A stretch of 64,000 bases of DNA, taken from NCBI GenBank assembly GCA_040954595.2, contig CM082581.2, positions 12,274,286-12,338,285 of the forward strand. The letters are read 5' to 3'. The translations under genes were made by a program, and so were the position numbers. This stretch comes from Balanoglossus misakiensis. Its lineage: Eukaryota > Animalia > Hemichordata. Under the pieces are notes generated by a model. The model had not been told where the DNA came from. It made no database searches and saw only the letters and a list, made by a program, of their open reading frames with translations. Positions 51,501 to 64,000 of the stretch are shown in pieces. The first letter of the stretch is position 1, and each line of letters opens with the position of its first letter.

Positions 51501-54500
51501 CTTTTTGGCATGTCTGTATTGCTCATACAAACAGTCCAAAAGTGGCCAGATGTGTCTACTTTTTTCCAAGTATGTGTCGGTCAGTGGAACTGGTCAAATG
51601 ACAATGTCCGGCATATTTTGTGGGACAAGTTTTGGAAGGTGGAGATTTTACCCTCCTACGTTGTCATGTTGCGACTTACACAGGTGCGAAACTCATGACG
51701 TTTTTGTAAACATCCACTCAAAAAAAGCAAATAGTCCATTTCATCAAAGAATGCCACACACCCTCTTTGCTATCGGAATTTGATAATAAAACATGTCATT
51801 CACAATGCTTAACAAGATTGAGAGAGATAGATGTTTGAAATATAGCTTTGATGTTGACGGACAAGAAGATTACCCAAAATCTGCCACTGATGGCAGCATA
51901 ACATTTATACTCGCTCAATACTTGGTGGCTGATCAGTTTCCGTGTCTTTGTGAGCTAAATGTCTCAAATTTATTATTTTTTTATTCATTAAACAACCAAT
52001 TATACTGTTTTAACCAGTTATATTAATTGTTTTGAAATACGACAGATTTTGCTGGAAGCAAATTAGAGAATCATTATTAGAGTAAAATTTTAAGGTGATT
52101 TTTTATTAAAAATTATTAGTACATGTATATTTTTCAGATATTTATCTTTAGCATGTGATTCTTTTGATCACTGTACACATTAAATGTCCAGCACGGCTAT
52201 AAAATGTGTGAATCCCAAACTGAAGAACTGGTTTACCTGCCACCAATTTGAGGGCCACAGTAAAATGTAGGAACGCATGCAAATGAAACTTCCACAATGC
52301 ACTCACTTTGTCAGATAGAAGCTGATAAAATTCTTGACATTTTGGGTTTTATCTGCCACTAAAAGTTATTATCGCCAGTTTATTTTCTTGCCATGAATGG
52401 GGCGAAATCAGTTGTTCAAACATGCATCTGTGTTGAAGACCCTCCAAAGTGGCCACTCATCACAGCTGTTTTTTGTGAATTCACATTTATCACAGGGCCT
52501 TTTTCCTAGCTACAAACCTCCATGTCACTGCCGAGCATTGAGGTAGGTGGGTAACACCTAGTTCATTGCGTAGCTACGCACTGTGTTCTTTGTTATTAAT
52601 AATTAAACCCAATGAGACATCATAATCAGATTCTTAAAATGTCCCATGAAAACACATCTGTTCATTAGCTTGTTGATTTTGACACCTTTTACTGTGTATC
52701 TGGCTGTAGAGTGTGAGACATGCCTGCCTCCTCGATCTCTCGCGCTGTCGTAAACTGCCAGTTTTTCAGACAGTACAAATTTTTCGGCCCTTTTCACTTG
52801 GTAATTGAAACTGTGCATCCCATTGACCTGAGGCTGGGGTCAACTGCATCAAAATTTTCAAGTGTGTGTGGAAAATCAGTAAAGTGTAAGGTACATGCAA
52901 TCGGAGTAATTCAACACTAAATGTGCGGTGCATTAAAGAGCACACCAATAAATTATGACCTTACCTGTATCCATAGAACACAACTACAGCTTCCAAGATA
53001 TGCTAGCCATATTGTGTGCCCATTGTGTTCAATATATTTTATGAATGTACTAAAAAATCAGTAGACAGATGCCCCCCAACCCAGATTAAACAAGCATTTC
53101 TTTCTTCTCCAGTTGAATTTTTTCTGTATGTGTGTCAAATACAGTGCGGTGTTTAAAACTTGTCCATCACTGGGGCGTTTTTTAAGACCCCGGCCGGCTG
53201 CAATCTGACCTGCGTTGTTAAATCGGAAACTGTTTAGTGTACGGGCTGTGCGTCTGTTTGTTTCTGGCATGTGCGCTCCAAACAGCCTCACAAAGAAATT
53301 ACCTCAGATCAATGGCTTATGAAGGTGTCAATTTCAAGTCGGATAAATAAACTTCAACACCGGCTGTGACAAGCGACATCTCAAATTGACACAGAACTGC
53401 AGTTTTTCCCCCTTTTTTTCCCCTTCCCGGATCCACTACGTGTGCTCAACCACGCTAACAAACAAAACTACAGTTTTATCACCAGAAAAATCACTAGATT
53501 TTCATCTAGTTTATTAGTGTATGTGATATTAAGCGCCAGCGGAGACCAATTTTTAATATTGCTTACGCATATAAACCTGTAGTGATATCAGCAGCTTTCC
53601 TTTGTATCGTTCCACTATAGAAACATTAATTGTCATTTTGCGTTGGAAAGAGACTCCTCAAATAGTTATTTCCAATGGAAAGTCTCATTTTTCAATTTTA
53701 TGTGTTGTGTCAGCAAATGGTGCCATAATGAATTATTGTCTTGGTCACAGAATTGATTGTACAGTAACCTCCATCTGATTAGTGTGTTATTCAGACCGGA
53801 TTAACAATGCTTTAGTGGTTATTGAGGCCATAGATCTGTAAGCGAGCCAAATTCATTTAGTTTCCAATTACTAATGATAATGTATTAAGTTTGGCTATTA
53901 GAATTTAAGAAATGAACCGCAAGTAATTTTATATTATTAGGCAGAAAATTCTGTTTATGTGCCATAAATTGCCCAAAGTGAGTTAAGGCGGCTATTAAAG
54001 ATTATAGGGGGGTATTATTCTGTAAGGGTGTAATGATGCAAAAAAATGGAGATTTGTGTGGTCATGTAGTGATTACAGAGGGTAGGGGGTTAGCGTCCCC
54101 TCTTGGTTCGCTGTTGATTTGAGGAGCTGAACGACCACCCGCCCTGGGGGGACACTTAAACAGAATAATGCTGATAGCCGTGATGGAGTTGTTTCTATTG
54201 AAGGTGCAGAAATTCTGAATCATAAAACCTTGTGTGTGTCACTGGCTTTGTCATTTGCACAGCAGAAAAAATGATCTCGGAACAGCACAGCCATTAAACT
54301 GTTCTCGCATGTCTAGATGCTGTTTGTATTGAACAAATTAAAGCTATAATAATTTGTTGGTCAAATTCTGTATATTTTCATATATATATAAAACATTTCC
54401 TACATAAGTGAAAATTGGAAGTAGAAATCATTAATTAGTAGTAGGTATACAGACAGTTCAAAATACATTTTTAAAGATTCAATAATCTGTTTAAATTGCA

Positions 54501-57500
54501 GTAGAATGCAATTCTTTTTTTACTCCTTTTACGAAATAAAAGTTTTGACTTTGTGTTCTTTAGTTCCTGACTTACAGCTCGCAAAAATTTAGATCGGTTG
54601 AAATAATGACATTTTTTATGGTGTCTTATTTTTTATTTATCCCATTTTTTATTGTACTTCATATGTAATGCTCGTATCTCATTTTGATGTGTACAGTAAA
54701 ACAGAAACAGCACGATGGGATATGAAGGCCGATATGAATATTGTTATTATCTTGATTTGGGCTTCTGTGGGTGTGAAAAAGACATATCTCAGGTTCTCTG
54801 ATATATTCATAGTAAATCTTTCATAGATTCTTGGCTCAAGGCAATTTAGAACTGTCGAAATATGGTCTGATTTTGATTTTTTGTCAAGTTTGACTTGCAT
54901 CGCATGTTTGGCACCGTATGTGCCATCATAGCGCTGTTTGCCGCGACGCATCATCACAGCAGAGTTTGAGAGTGATTACATCCTTCTTTTAGCGGTGTTG
55001 TAAAAGCCTAGCAGCGGTATTCGGGTTGCGTTAGACAGCAATGTGTTGAACACGTTCCGATCTTTTATCTACGAAGTGCTTGATTTGCAGCTTGTGGTTG
55101 ACGATGATGTGAAATATTTTGGTGTATAAATATGGCTTCCGGCTGTAATTTGTGGCAAACTGTTCCAAATTACAGTACCCAGTCCAAATATGCAGCTTGT
55201 GCAGGTCGCCCAGAATCAACTGTTTACCGTGTGTTATGAGGGGAGTCTTTTTCGGAACGGGATTTCTCCCAGTTTAATGTGACTCCCAGTTGATGTTGGA
55301 ACCACGCTTAGAAACAACAAATAGTTAAAACTGTTTAGGTCGTAAACCTTTAGGTGAAGACGGGCAAACAAGATGGTGTTTATCTGGCTTGGTCGCAAAC
55401 TGGCCAAAAGAGACCACCTCGCGTTAATTACTGTAAATTCTAAAACAAATAAACATACATTAGGGAATAGATAAATGATTTGACTCAAGGATTTGCTTGA
55501 AAAGATGAATTTGACAGAGGCAATAGTTGAGTTCAGCCGAGCACAGTCATTTTGACGTAGGAGGGAGCTCCGATGTACCTAGTCAACCCAGTTCAAACAA
55601 ACTGCCGGGAATCCTTGTTGATCTCCAAGTATTTCAGTATGGTGCCTTGCAATGCTCCATAAATCAAGCCTTTATTTGTATGTAATGTCCAAAGTTTGAT
55701 GCTTCTCCTGTGTTCAAGTTTGAAGCGCTCGGGACGGTTTACTTCTCGAAGTTGCCTCCATCAAAATTAATTGTAAACAGGTCATGCCGGGCTGTGTGGG
55801 TAAGAGCCCAGAATTAACAAACAAAAAATCAGAAATTGTTGATGAAATGACAGACAATGATGGTGTTTTGAATTGTTTCATGTAGCTGCATTCCGCGGGT
55901 AATGCTGCCGCAAACTCAGAAGATGTGCTCGGTCGTGCTAATGGTAGTTCGTAGTCATAGCATGTTAATTTCTGAGTGTCTAAATACTTGGTGTGAAATC
56001 CTACAGAAGACACTTGTACTCTCATAATGCATCTACTTGACATGATTACTGAGAGATTTTTAGACGAAGTGTGATCATCTCTCTTCTGTGAAGAAAAATC
56101 TTTAAGGACGGTTGTTCTGGTATATTCGTTACATCAATTCCAACAGCTACATGCACAAAAATGCACGTATACATTTACAACCAGACATGGAGTACACGAG
56201 TTTTCATGTTCTTCAAAAATGGCACAAATGAATCAGTGAATTTTACAAACAAGTTTGAGGATTTTACCTTGACTTTGGTGGGACAATGCACTTTGGGTAA
56301 TTGTTTTGAACGTCAATTTAACAGAATAGATGTACAGCCTCACTGCAACGTGTGTGAGATTATTATGCATGACTGATTCCACAATTAAAGTTCAAGGCTC
56401 ATTTGCCGAACACAGGGGCAGTCTCAAGTTATTTTTTATGGCTCAATTTTTCCATAAATTGATAGAACAATAAGTCAAGAAGTGGAATATTAAATAAGAT
56501 CAATTCAGCGAGCTTTAAGAGGTACTTGCCATCGAACGAGACCTCTTTAGCCCCTGTGCTCCGTTAATATCAGAAAGGCTCTTAAACTTTAACCGCAGAA
56601 AAAAAATAATTGTGATTTCACCGCGGACAAATTAAAGAAATAAATCTGAAAATATTGCATAATGGCCCGAAGCCAGATCATTATCTTTCTGCGACTCATT
56701 ATGGGGCATGTTTTATTGCGGTGGGGGCAAAATATGAAATTTAAAATTTCGCTATTTTGTGACTGCTACGGCTGTATTGCCAGCAGTTATGGATATGCTA
56801 TAGAGTTTTTATATTCATGTCTGCTACGCTAACGATCAATCTGAGACAGGGGTCAGATGGGGAGGTCGCGGGGTGCGCGACTAGGTGAAGAAGTAGCTGG
56901 AAAATAACAAGCAACCTGGTAAAGGTGGCTGGTGTTTGAATTGGCCAATTAAAATAATAATGAAGGCGTCATATATCATTTGAACTCGGATGACAGTCCA
57001 TGTCATGAGAATGGAATATTTGTGTCTTTTGATTCAGTGTAATGTCTGCTCTCCTGATGGATGTGTGGCATTGACATCAAGCTACTTCAAAAGTGCTAGT
57101 AACAATGTTCAAGATATATTTCAATGATTACCCTTACAAGGGGCAAATTGGATCATATTTCGATAGAAATGAATGCAGAAATTATCAGAATTTGATTGTA
57201 TTAGGAAGAAAAGATTGTGCTAGTTTGTAGAAGATTTATCAATGAAATGATCATTATAATCGCACATGGAATGGCATCTCTTCTTTTCTCACTTTCATTG
57301 TGAAATATCTTTGTTTCCAAACGCTGCTATTTGTTTCATAGAAAATCTACAGTATTTCTTCACATATTTTCTATTTCATGCTTTTCTGATCACTCTCAAT
57401 TCAAAATATATAACAAAATAATTATGAATTTCAGGACTGCCCTTTCCATACTTTTATGACATTATATCTGATATTTCTCCAACATTCAAGTGCTTATTAA

Positions 57501-60500
57501 AATTTATGTCAGCCCCCTTAATGTAATAAAGCACTCTTTTATTGTTGTGTACAATTGTTCTCAGTTTGAAATCTTGAAAGTTATATTAAAATCCGGTATG
57601 AAGTCTTTTGATTGCTGAGTAGGTTATGAGCTACTTTAACCAGATACAAGAACAGGACGTATTCTCTTTCAAGATCTGGAATTATGAGATATGAGCTGCA
57701 ATATAATATTCAGAAGTGACTGTGTGTCAATATTCATATCAAGGGTAGCCATACAACTCCCCCCATCCCTCTATCTTGGGTATGTGTAATAATTTGACCT
57801 GTCTGTGGGACCATATCTCTCACTGTCTGAGGTTTGTGTGTATTAATATGACTGTCCCTGCTCGACTCAGTCTCTTCGCATTTGTTTGTTTGTTTGTTGC
57901 TGTCCAATAGTTCTCTGTATATGTGTAGACTGTACATGTGTACTGTGAATTGACATCTACAAGAACACATAATCCTTGAACCATTTTTCTCTGTCGCTCT
58001 CACACACCCATCTATTCCAAGTTGTAGACTGATGTCTCCTCATCTTGTATAATAACGTGTCTGTCTGTTTGCCTAAATATTGCAACATTTAATTGGATTG
58101 AACATATAAACTACATTCATCCACAGATGTTGCCTGTGGTCATCTGGGTATTTGATTAGCTTTATGAAGATAATTACGTTGTATGATCGGTTCAAAAAGC
58201 AATATCCGAGTTGCCAAGAAATGATACCCCTATTAACTGAGAACGTGTTACGGGGAATCAAACTGAATTGCATCTACAATATTTTAATAGTCTTTGACTG
58301 AAACTTAGGGTTCTGTATCACTCTGTGCATACTAATGAGATATTTGCATAATTTACATCACTGTCAAGTGGGAGTTTTGTCTAAATTTTGCAAGTACAGT
58401 GCTATAGTCATGGGTGCAAAGATGAAAGAAAATCCCCCTTGTCAGTTTTGTCGTCAAAATAACATGATTTGTGTTTCTATGTTCAGAGAACAGATCTTGA
58501 AACCACCGCGATTGATTTAATGCACATGATGATCATTTTAGTCACGTTTTGTTCATCTGTATTTTCTGAGCTGTTTCCCAAATTGAGGATCAGCAAGAAC
58601 GGTTGTCCAAGTACTTACACAAAGGGCTCCCAGGGCAGTTTCAAATAATTATTACTGTCTCTTTAATAGCCACCAAAACGAGGTCAGGGGATGTATGTTC
58701 AAGTACTTATCAGTTCGAGTGCTATCTGTATAAAACTCTCTGACTTTCAAATATTTGCAGATGAGTTTCTAAACTTTTTAGCCTTGATCAGAAACCAGAA
58801 GCCTTTGAAAGACACATAAGTTTTCTTTTAGTCGTTGATTGTCGTGTTTGTCCGCCGCTAAACTGTTTAAAACAGAGTCGCAGCAGATTCAGGTGCGTTT
58901 GTTTGTCAACAAACATGCTCCAGACCGTAGTTGTTGTGTGTGCCCTTTGAGGATTACTTGAAGTACTTTGTTCATTCGTCATTCCCATCTACTGTCATTG
59001 TCTGTGTACACCTGCGTCAACTTTGCTCTGATCTCTCCAAACTGAAGAAATCATAAAAGTCCTGAATAATATTTTTGCCGTGTCATATCAATGGGTGCAA
59101 TGTTTCTTGTGAGTAGGGCAAATATTTTCAACAGTTTTGATACAAACGATATTCAAGGTCATATTGTTTTCTTGCTAAAATTGTCAGGGATTTTATTCTT
59201 TCCAAAAAAATCTGTAAAAGACTTTTTCAGTCATGAATTTCTGTAGGAATGACAAGTGCACAAATGGAAATTTACATTTTGATGGTAAATGTTTGACTGA
59301 AGTGTAATAGGTGAAAGGCATCTCAGGAGTGATATTTGCCCCACGTGTAGATGTGTGTCTACTTGGATTTGTGAATTGATGAGAGCAAGTTATGAAACTG
59401 AAAATTTATTGTTTTCTGTGTTTTATGGACCATAAGGTGGTAATCCATCAGTACACATCCACTAACTGTTGATATTGAAAATTTTAGCCCATAAATTCAC
59501 ACTTTTGAATATTTATCACTATTTCCAAATATTGGCAGTTAGTGTAGGGTATGACGTCTGATTTGCGCGGTCAGATCGTTTGTCATGAATTCTGATGACT
59601 GCCTGAGAACTGACCATCTTTGAATCTTTGCACATGGCGCAGTGTCAGGCTTAGGTTGGACAACACGGTTCAGAGATTCGCGGATTATGTCAATTTTAAA
59701 GAGATTGCAGCCACCTTGCGTTCGATCCCTGCCTAACACATGAGGAACTGCACCGTGATCACATAAGTGAAAAGAAAACAGTAATATTCATAAAGTCCAG
59801 GTCAGGTGTGAGGCTTGACTTGTCAAATAGCCGCCGAATATTAGTCAAATGCCCTCCACCTGAGTGCTTTACAGATTAAATCTTTCCCAGCAAATAAATT
59901 CCTTGGATATAGGGATCGAGCCGTTCACAGATGTTTAAGTGTAAATAGGAAGGAGGTTAAGTCATGGTGCGGATGACCCCAACCCTTGAGCGAATAGACG
60001 GAGTTAGCTGAGTTAGCCGCTGGATCAAATATTGAAATACACTAACCCAAGGATTGTTGCTTGGTTTTGCATATGGGGCATTGTTGACTCAGCTTTTGTC
60101 AACTTTGTGCTTACTGCCAGTGCAATATGTTGCCAGACTTTTTGTGAAGGAAGTCAAATTAGTCCGTACAGCAATACCTTCAGTACTTGGTCATATTTCT
60201 TTAATCATTTTTTGTGCACCACAGATGCATTTGCATGTTAATGAGTTTGCACATTCCTTAAAAAGCCTCTTTCATTAGGTTGGGATGGCCAATACATTTC
60301 CAAAGTTCTCCTAAAATTTTATATGTAAATATGTAAAAGTGGTAGACGTATAAAATATCCTGAAAAGTGGCAGTACTTTCAGGTCATGTGATTCCAAATG
60401 GCTTGAGCAACAGTGCCATTGGCGCTACTTTATTTTTGTTGAAAACAATCAGTGAATCACCCAAACACTCTGCCTCCGCACCATAGAACAAGGCCTGAAA

Positions 60501-63500
60501 TACAGAAAACGCAGCAGTGTTTGAGTGATTTGCCAGTTGCCATGGCAATGTATTTCGCTCGGTAAAAGTGTGGCAAAGCTGTGTTAGTGCCAGGTTTGAC
60601 AAAGGAGAATGGAGATAGATGTGTCTGAATTAAGTGAAGTATGGAATTATTCCGGAATCATTCCGACATCCCTGGCATTTTATGTGGAAGTTCAGATTTC
60701 TCATTTTAATACAAATTGTTGAGCATTTACTCATTGCCATTTGCAATAAAGAAAGGTGTCCAGAAAGACGTGATTTATTGCAACTTAATATGTGTTGATG
60801 TCCCATATGCCCTTTACTGTTGAATAGCGCTCTTATAATCATAAGAGTATCACATTTATTATAACACAGCTTCTGAACTCTCATTTCCAATGAAACAAGT
60901 CTGCAGTTTTTTATCTCTCTTTGGGCATGTCAGTCACTTTACTATCAAGTCGGTCCATTTTATCTGTGTCACTCATCGTGGTCTCTTTATTTTCAGTTAT
61001 AAAGCCATTAATGTGATCTTCGCTTTGTGTGAATAAAAATGCTGATTTTAACCTTGCTCATGCAATACTCATATTTAAAAAAAATTCTTTCATGTCAGGA
61101 GTAACATAGGATTATGAGTAACAGTTGTCTGCCATGCAAGTTTTTTTTGTGTGGAAAGATTTATCGTAGTTCAAAAAGCTAAGAAGCAAGTAAAATCAAG
61201 TTTGTGGTGTATGGGCTTTTTGCCTTTATAGGAAATAATGTGGTCGTGACTCTGTTCCATAGATATCACACCTCTGTAGGAAATCATGTGAAGGTCGATT
61301 GCTACAGGAAAACCTTGAGGCAACTCTACCGTATCTGTGGAAGTCTTCATATAAAATTATGTGGAAATCATGTAGAGATTAAAAATGAAAAAAAAAAGTA
61401 TTTTAATCGCACAGAATCACAAATGAGTAAGTCAATCATGCTCCAGGTAAACTGTTGCAGTGGCTAGATGATCATTCTAACTATAGAGGGAGTTATTTAT
61501 CACGGAATTAGGGTTGGTGGGGGCAATGAGAAAGAAGGAAGTAAAAAACCCCACCCTAAGACAGACCAGTGACACCAGGTGTTGAGTTTGAGACCTTTAG
61601 CCACGATATTGGTGACCCTGTCATTGGAAACTAATTTAGGGAGATTTTTTTATCATCCGGTATGATTAATAAAATGGAGTAATTATTATGACCCACACCT
61701 GCAAGGTAATTACAGTTTGGTTCTGAATATAGCCGTGATGTGTAGGTCAGACATGTCTGCTCCTCTATGAAGTGTTTCGTGTCGGCATCTTTTCTTCCTC
61801 CCAGACACATTCCTGTATCACCCGAGAAAGTACTTGGTTTGTTATTTCACTCCTTCAGTCATGTCATCAACACAGAGAACACCCCCTGTTTAGCTCAAGT
61901 GGAGCCAACCTTAACATTGAAAACAAAGGGGTTGGACCAAAGCATGGTTATTACGGGGGTTGACAGATTTTACCTGTGAAAAGGTGAAAAAAATGCACAG
62001 GTGAAAAAATGATTCTATAAAGTTTACTTCCCGTTGAGTGTTAAAAGACCTCTTGTGCATGTTTTACACCATTGGTCATTCTGGCTTGATGTTCATTTTA
62101 TTGTGTGAGGTCTATAACGGCAAAACTTCAAGTATTTGAACATGATTTTATTGAAAAGCTGAATTTTATGAGTCATCAATAGAGAGCTTTAACACGAAGT
62201 GTACTTCATTGTGGCTTTGTTCGAATCAACCTGGTTTTTCTGTGTAAATTTGTCGAAGCTTTCAAAGCTGAGTTCTTGGCATTGAATGTGCTTTTACACA
62301 TTTTCATCCATGGTTACCGGGTAATGCCTTGAACAAGTTTATCTTGGGCGTTCAAACACATGGTAACCACATTTTTACTAGGACAAACTGTATTTATGTA
62401 TTTTCCTCTGGTTTGTTTGGGTGTTTTTTATTTGACAGCATCCTATTGGAATCTTTTTATTGTGTGCTCGTAGATCGTGATGGCAAATCCCACCCTTCCT
62501 GTGTAGTAACTTAAACATTTTGAAATCTGTCCGCAGTAACTCCGAAGTCAACGCCTGTACAAGATATCCTGATTAGTTAATTACTAAGTTTACATCAAAC
62601 TCTGTCTGGGTCCTGTCTTCAAAATGACACAAGCTGTTTTTAAGCAATTTAATAAAAGAAATTGACATTATATCATAGCGAGATTCAAAAAGATTTAAGA
62701 TTTAGAGCTATGAAGTTCCACTCTTGTCAGCATAATAGTCTAACAGATAAGAAAAATCTGGTCTTATCAGATTGCTTGATCGTTTGTCAACAAAAGAAGG
62801 ATATTAAATAAAAATATGCCCGTTTTTCATATGCAATCGCAATACCGATACAGGTTTTGAATTAGTTCGCCTTTGGAAGCTGGTATGGTATGAAAAAACT
62901 AGATGCGATATGCGTATTAAACACAGCTTTTCATATTGTGTGGAGTCTTATCACACGTAGTCTAAATTGTATTAAACCTGATAACAGATATTGGCTGACG
63001 TGTTGGTCCTGAAAATGTCTGAAAACATGGAAATTGTCAATGAAAGGAAAGTTATAAAAAGGATATTGCGCTATTGTAACTCGATTTTCAAATAATACAC
63101 TGATAAACATCTGCATAGTTTGGATGTCATCCTCGTTGATAAAATTCACAGCTTCGTGTATGTTTTCTGAAAGGAACACGATAACTATTGGCATAAACTC
63201 AGCACCAGAAGATTTCTTCACTTTTCAGAATCAGAAGTCTGGTGGTGAAAGAATGTAAATATTAGTATTTTTTAGAAAATTCAAATTCAGCCTTGAAAGT
63301 TTTGCAACTTTTTCATCAGTTTGGTTCAGTTTTCAGATGGAGGATCGACTTCTATAAACATGGTGGCCACTCACGCTGTGAATGCGGCAAACTGAAGCCG
63401 ACAAAAACTATGTTTACCAGATTCATCACATAACATGTGTTTGCTATCCCTGGTCGCATGTGGCCCGAACCGAACTCTGCATGTTGTTGGCAGCATTACT

Positions 63501-64000
63501 ATCAACACACCTGCATTGACAATTTACTGCTGGGGTCAGGGGTTAAGGACTTTAATAAAAGAGACATTCCAGATTATTATGGTGGAGTTGACACCTTAGT
63601 TAGAAACCCAGGAATTAGGACTATGATTAGTCTATTGGACTCGTTATCTTCACTTGCCCTGTAATTATTTTAAAAGAACACCTCTGCACCCCTGAGAGTC
63701 ATACGTCATGATATGCAAGGGGGTGTGCCCTGATGGTCCATCGACTCTTCAACGCTCTGTTCGAAACTTCATGTGTGGCTGATCGAAGCTTTACATCGTT
63801 ATCGAAGCAGCGCAGTAGAAAAACGTCACTCAACAGTTTTGAAGTGTGCTGTCAGCTGCACATCAGCCAATACCCGGACTGCTGTCCGTCGTAGGGGCTG
63901 GGGCAGTGGTTGTGTGTCACATTTTATTAATAACACTTGCGTGGGTTCTGCCTTCTGGCAATACTTTGTTTCATTCTTTTGTTCGTCTTCTGTGTCTCAG

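Noticed and set aside
63728-63770. Hammerhead-ribozyme-like CTGATG...GAAAC
   Set aside because: The core is CTGATGG rather than CTGATGA and the stems do not close.
48517-64000. Nested gene or homeobox inside INPP5A intron 4
   Set aside because: The ORFs are all short and featureless, and no WFQNRR-type or other recognisable exon was found by eye. Very small exons could have been missed.

Overview
This is eukaryotic, AT-rich, intron-containing DNA from an invertebrate-like animal; the species cannot be determined from the sequence. The first 33.3 kb holds five compact multi-exon genes, each reconstructed exon by exon with consistent intron phases: B4GALT7 (+, 1540-3307), BTBD16 (-, 12571-5247), eIF3a (-, 21466-14286), DENND10/FAM45A (+, 21847-24015, head-to-head with eIF3a) and a short, divergent TRPM/TRPS-like channel (+, 26384-33303). 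The remaining 29 kb holds the first four coding exons of INPP5A (+, from 35048), with very long introns (12 kb and at least 15.5 kb) and no convincing nested ORF. The best leads are: (1) the minimal TRPM-like channel with an atypical pore filter and no C-terminal enzyme domain; (2) gene content matching the human 10q26/5q35 paralogon, with INPP5A looking like the bystander gene of a regulatory block; (3) a 313-bp insertion built from two abutting inverted repeats; (4) splicing oddities (a GC-AG intron, a 15-nt microexon candidate and a recursive splice site candidate). Gene names come from recognising protein motifs from memory; no database search was run. I found no clearly novel multi-gene system.
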